From assembly GCA_038087875.1 (NCBI GenBank), contig JAXLNO010000140.1, positions 62,001 through 126,000 on the forward strand: a stretch of 64,000 bases of DNA, written 5' to 3'. The DNA is from Malacoraja senta. Its lineage: Eukaryota. The first letter of the stretch is position 1. Every line of letters starts with the position of its first letter. A program made the position numbers and the translations under genes. Under the pieces are notes generated by a model that was not told where the DNA came from, made no database searches, and saw only the letters and a list, made by a program, of their open reading frames with translations. Positions 63,147 to 64,000 of this stretch are shown here, piece after piece.

Positions 63147-63880
63147 GACAGGTGGTTAACAAAGTAACTCCAGTCTTACAATCTCACTGTGTAGGAAGGA
63201 ACTGCAGATGCTGGTTTAAACTGAAGATAGACACAAAATGCTGGAGTAACTCAGCGGGACAAGCCCCTTCTTCAGACTGAGAGTGAGTGGTGAGGGAGAC
63301 ACAGAGATAAGGGATCGCACTACCTTTGCCCCATGTTCAAGAGACAAGAAAGAGGAAGACAGTGCAGATCAGTAGGTGACTCAGGAGCTGGTGCAGGAGG
63401 TGGGGGCTTCAGACATAGTCATACAGCATGGAAACAGGCCCTCTGGCCCAACTTGTCCATGCCCATGCCCCATACACTCGTACTACCAGCCTGTGTTTGA
63501 CCCATATCCCTGTAAACCTGTCTTATCCATGTACCTGTACACATGAATGTTCAATGTTATCATAGACTTTGTCTTTGGAACTGATGTGTTACAATGCTGG
63601 GAGATATATTCTACACTCTGTATCTTGCACTTTGCTCCATCTGTTGTACTCGTTTGACTTGATTGTGTTTAGTTTCAGTATATCCTTATCTGATTATATA
63701 GCATGCAAAACAAAGCTTGACACTACCTCGGTACATGGGCAGAGCATTCAATAGGAAAGGTGCATTCAATCTGATGGGATTCTGTAGGTTTCCCAAAAGC
63801 CAGCTGAGGAACAGCAGAGGAACTGTGACAAGTCTCAGGTGATGCTTTGCTATGTCATGAGCTCAGTAAATGATAGAGTC
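63147..63880 (-). repeat. Right arm of an inverted duplication (partner 50534-51849)
   Basis: For example cagctgaggaacagcagaggaactgtgacaagtctcaggtgatgctttgctatgtcatgagctcagtaaatgat is the reverse complement of about 50540-50613. Confidence 0.85.
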
Positions 63881-64000
63881 GTTGAGAGTGTTGCACAATA
63901 GAGTACAGTTGTACGACAGGAAGGTGACATCAGATATACATGTACTGAGATGGACAAGGGCTGATTAGGGATAGTCAGCACAGATTTGTATGTGGGAGAT

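Overview
Vertebrate genomic DNA, most likely from a cartilaginous fish (skate or ray; inferred from the CR1, Penelope and Rex1 repeat families), and dominated by transposable elements. Two host genes are recognisable, arranged head-to-head around a CpG island at about 2.8-3.5 kb. (1) NEIL3 (minus strand, exons 1-2) carries three indels and a stop at codon 7, so this copy looks like a pseudogene. (2) AGA (plus strand) has exons 3-9 in frame with canonical splice sites and an intact HDT autocleavage site, but I could not find coding exons 1-2 and several normally conserved glycines are substituted. Mobile elements include two complete-ended DIRS tyrosine-recombinase retrotransposons, both integrated at an ATT core identical to the junction in their internal complementary region (ICR). 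One of them is decayed yet sits inside an essentially intact full-length CR1 LINE. Also present are Rex1/Babar and L2 LINEs, many CR1 fragments, a Gypsy 5' LTR with a tRNA-Pro primer site, Penelope remnants with hammerhead-ribozyme cores, non-autonomous TIR elements, several minisatellites and an inverted segmental duplication. Homology calls are from memory of the protein families; no database search was run.
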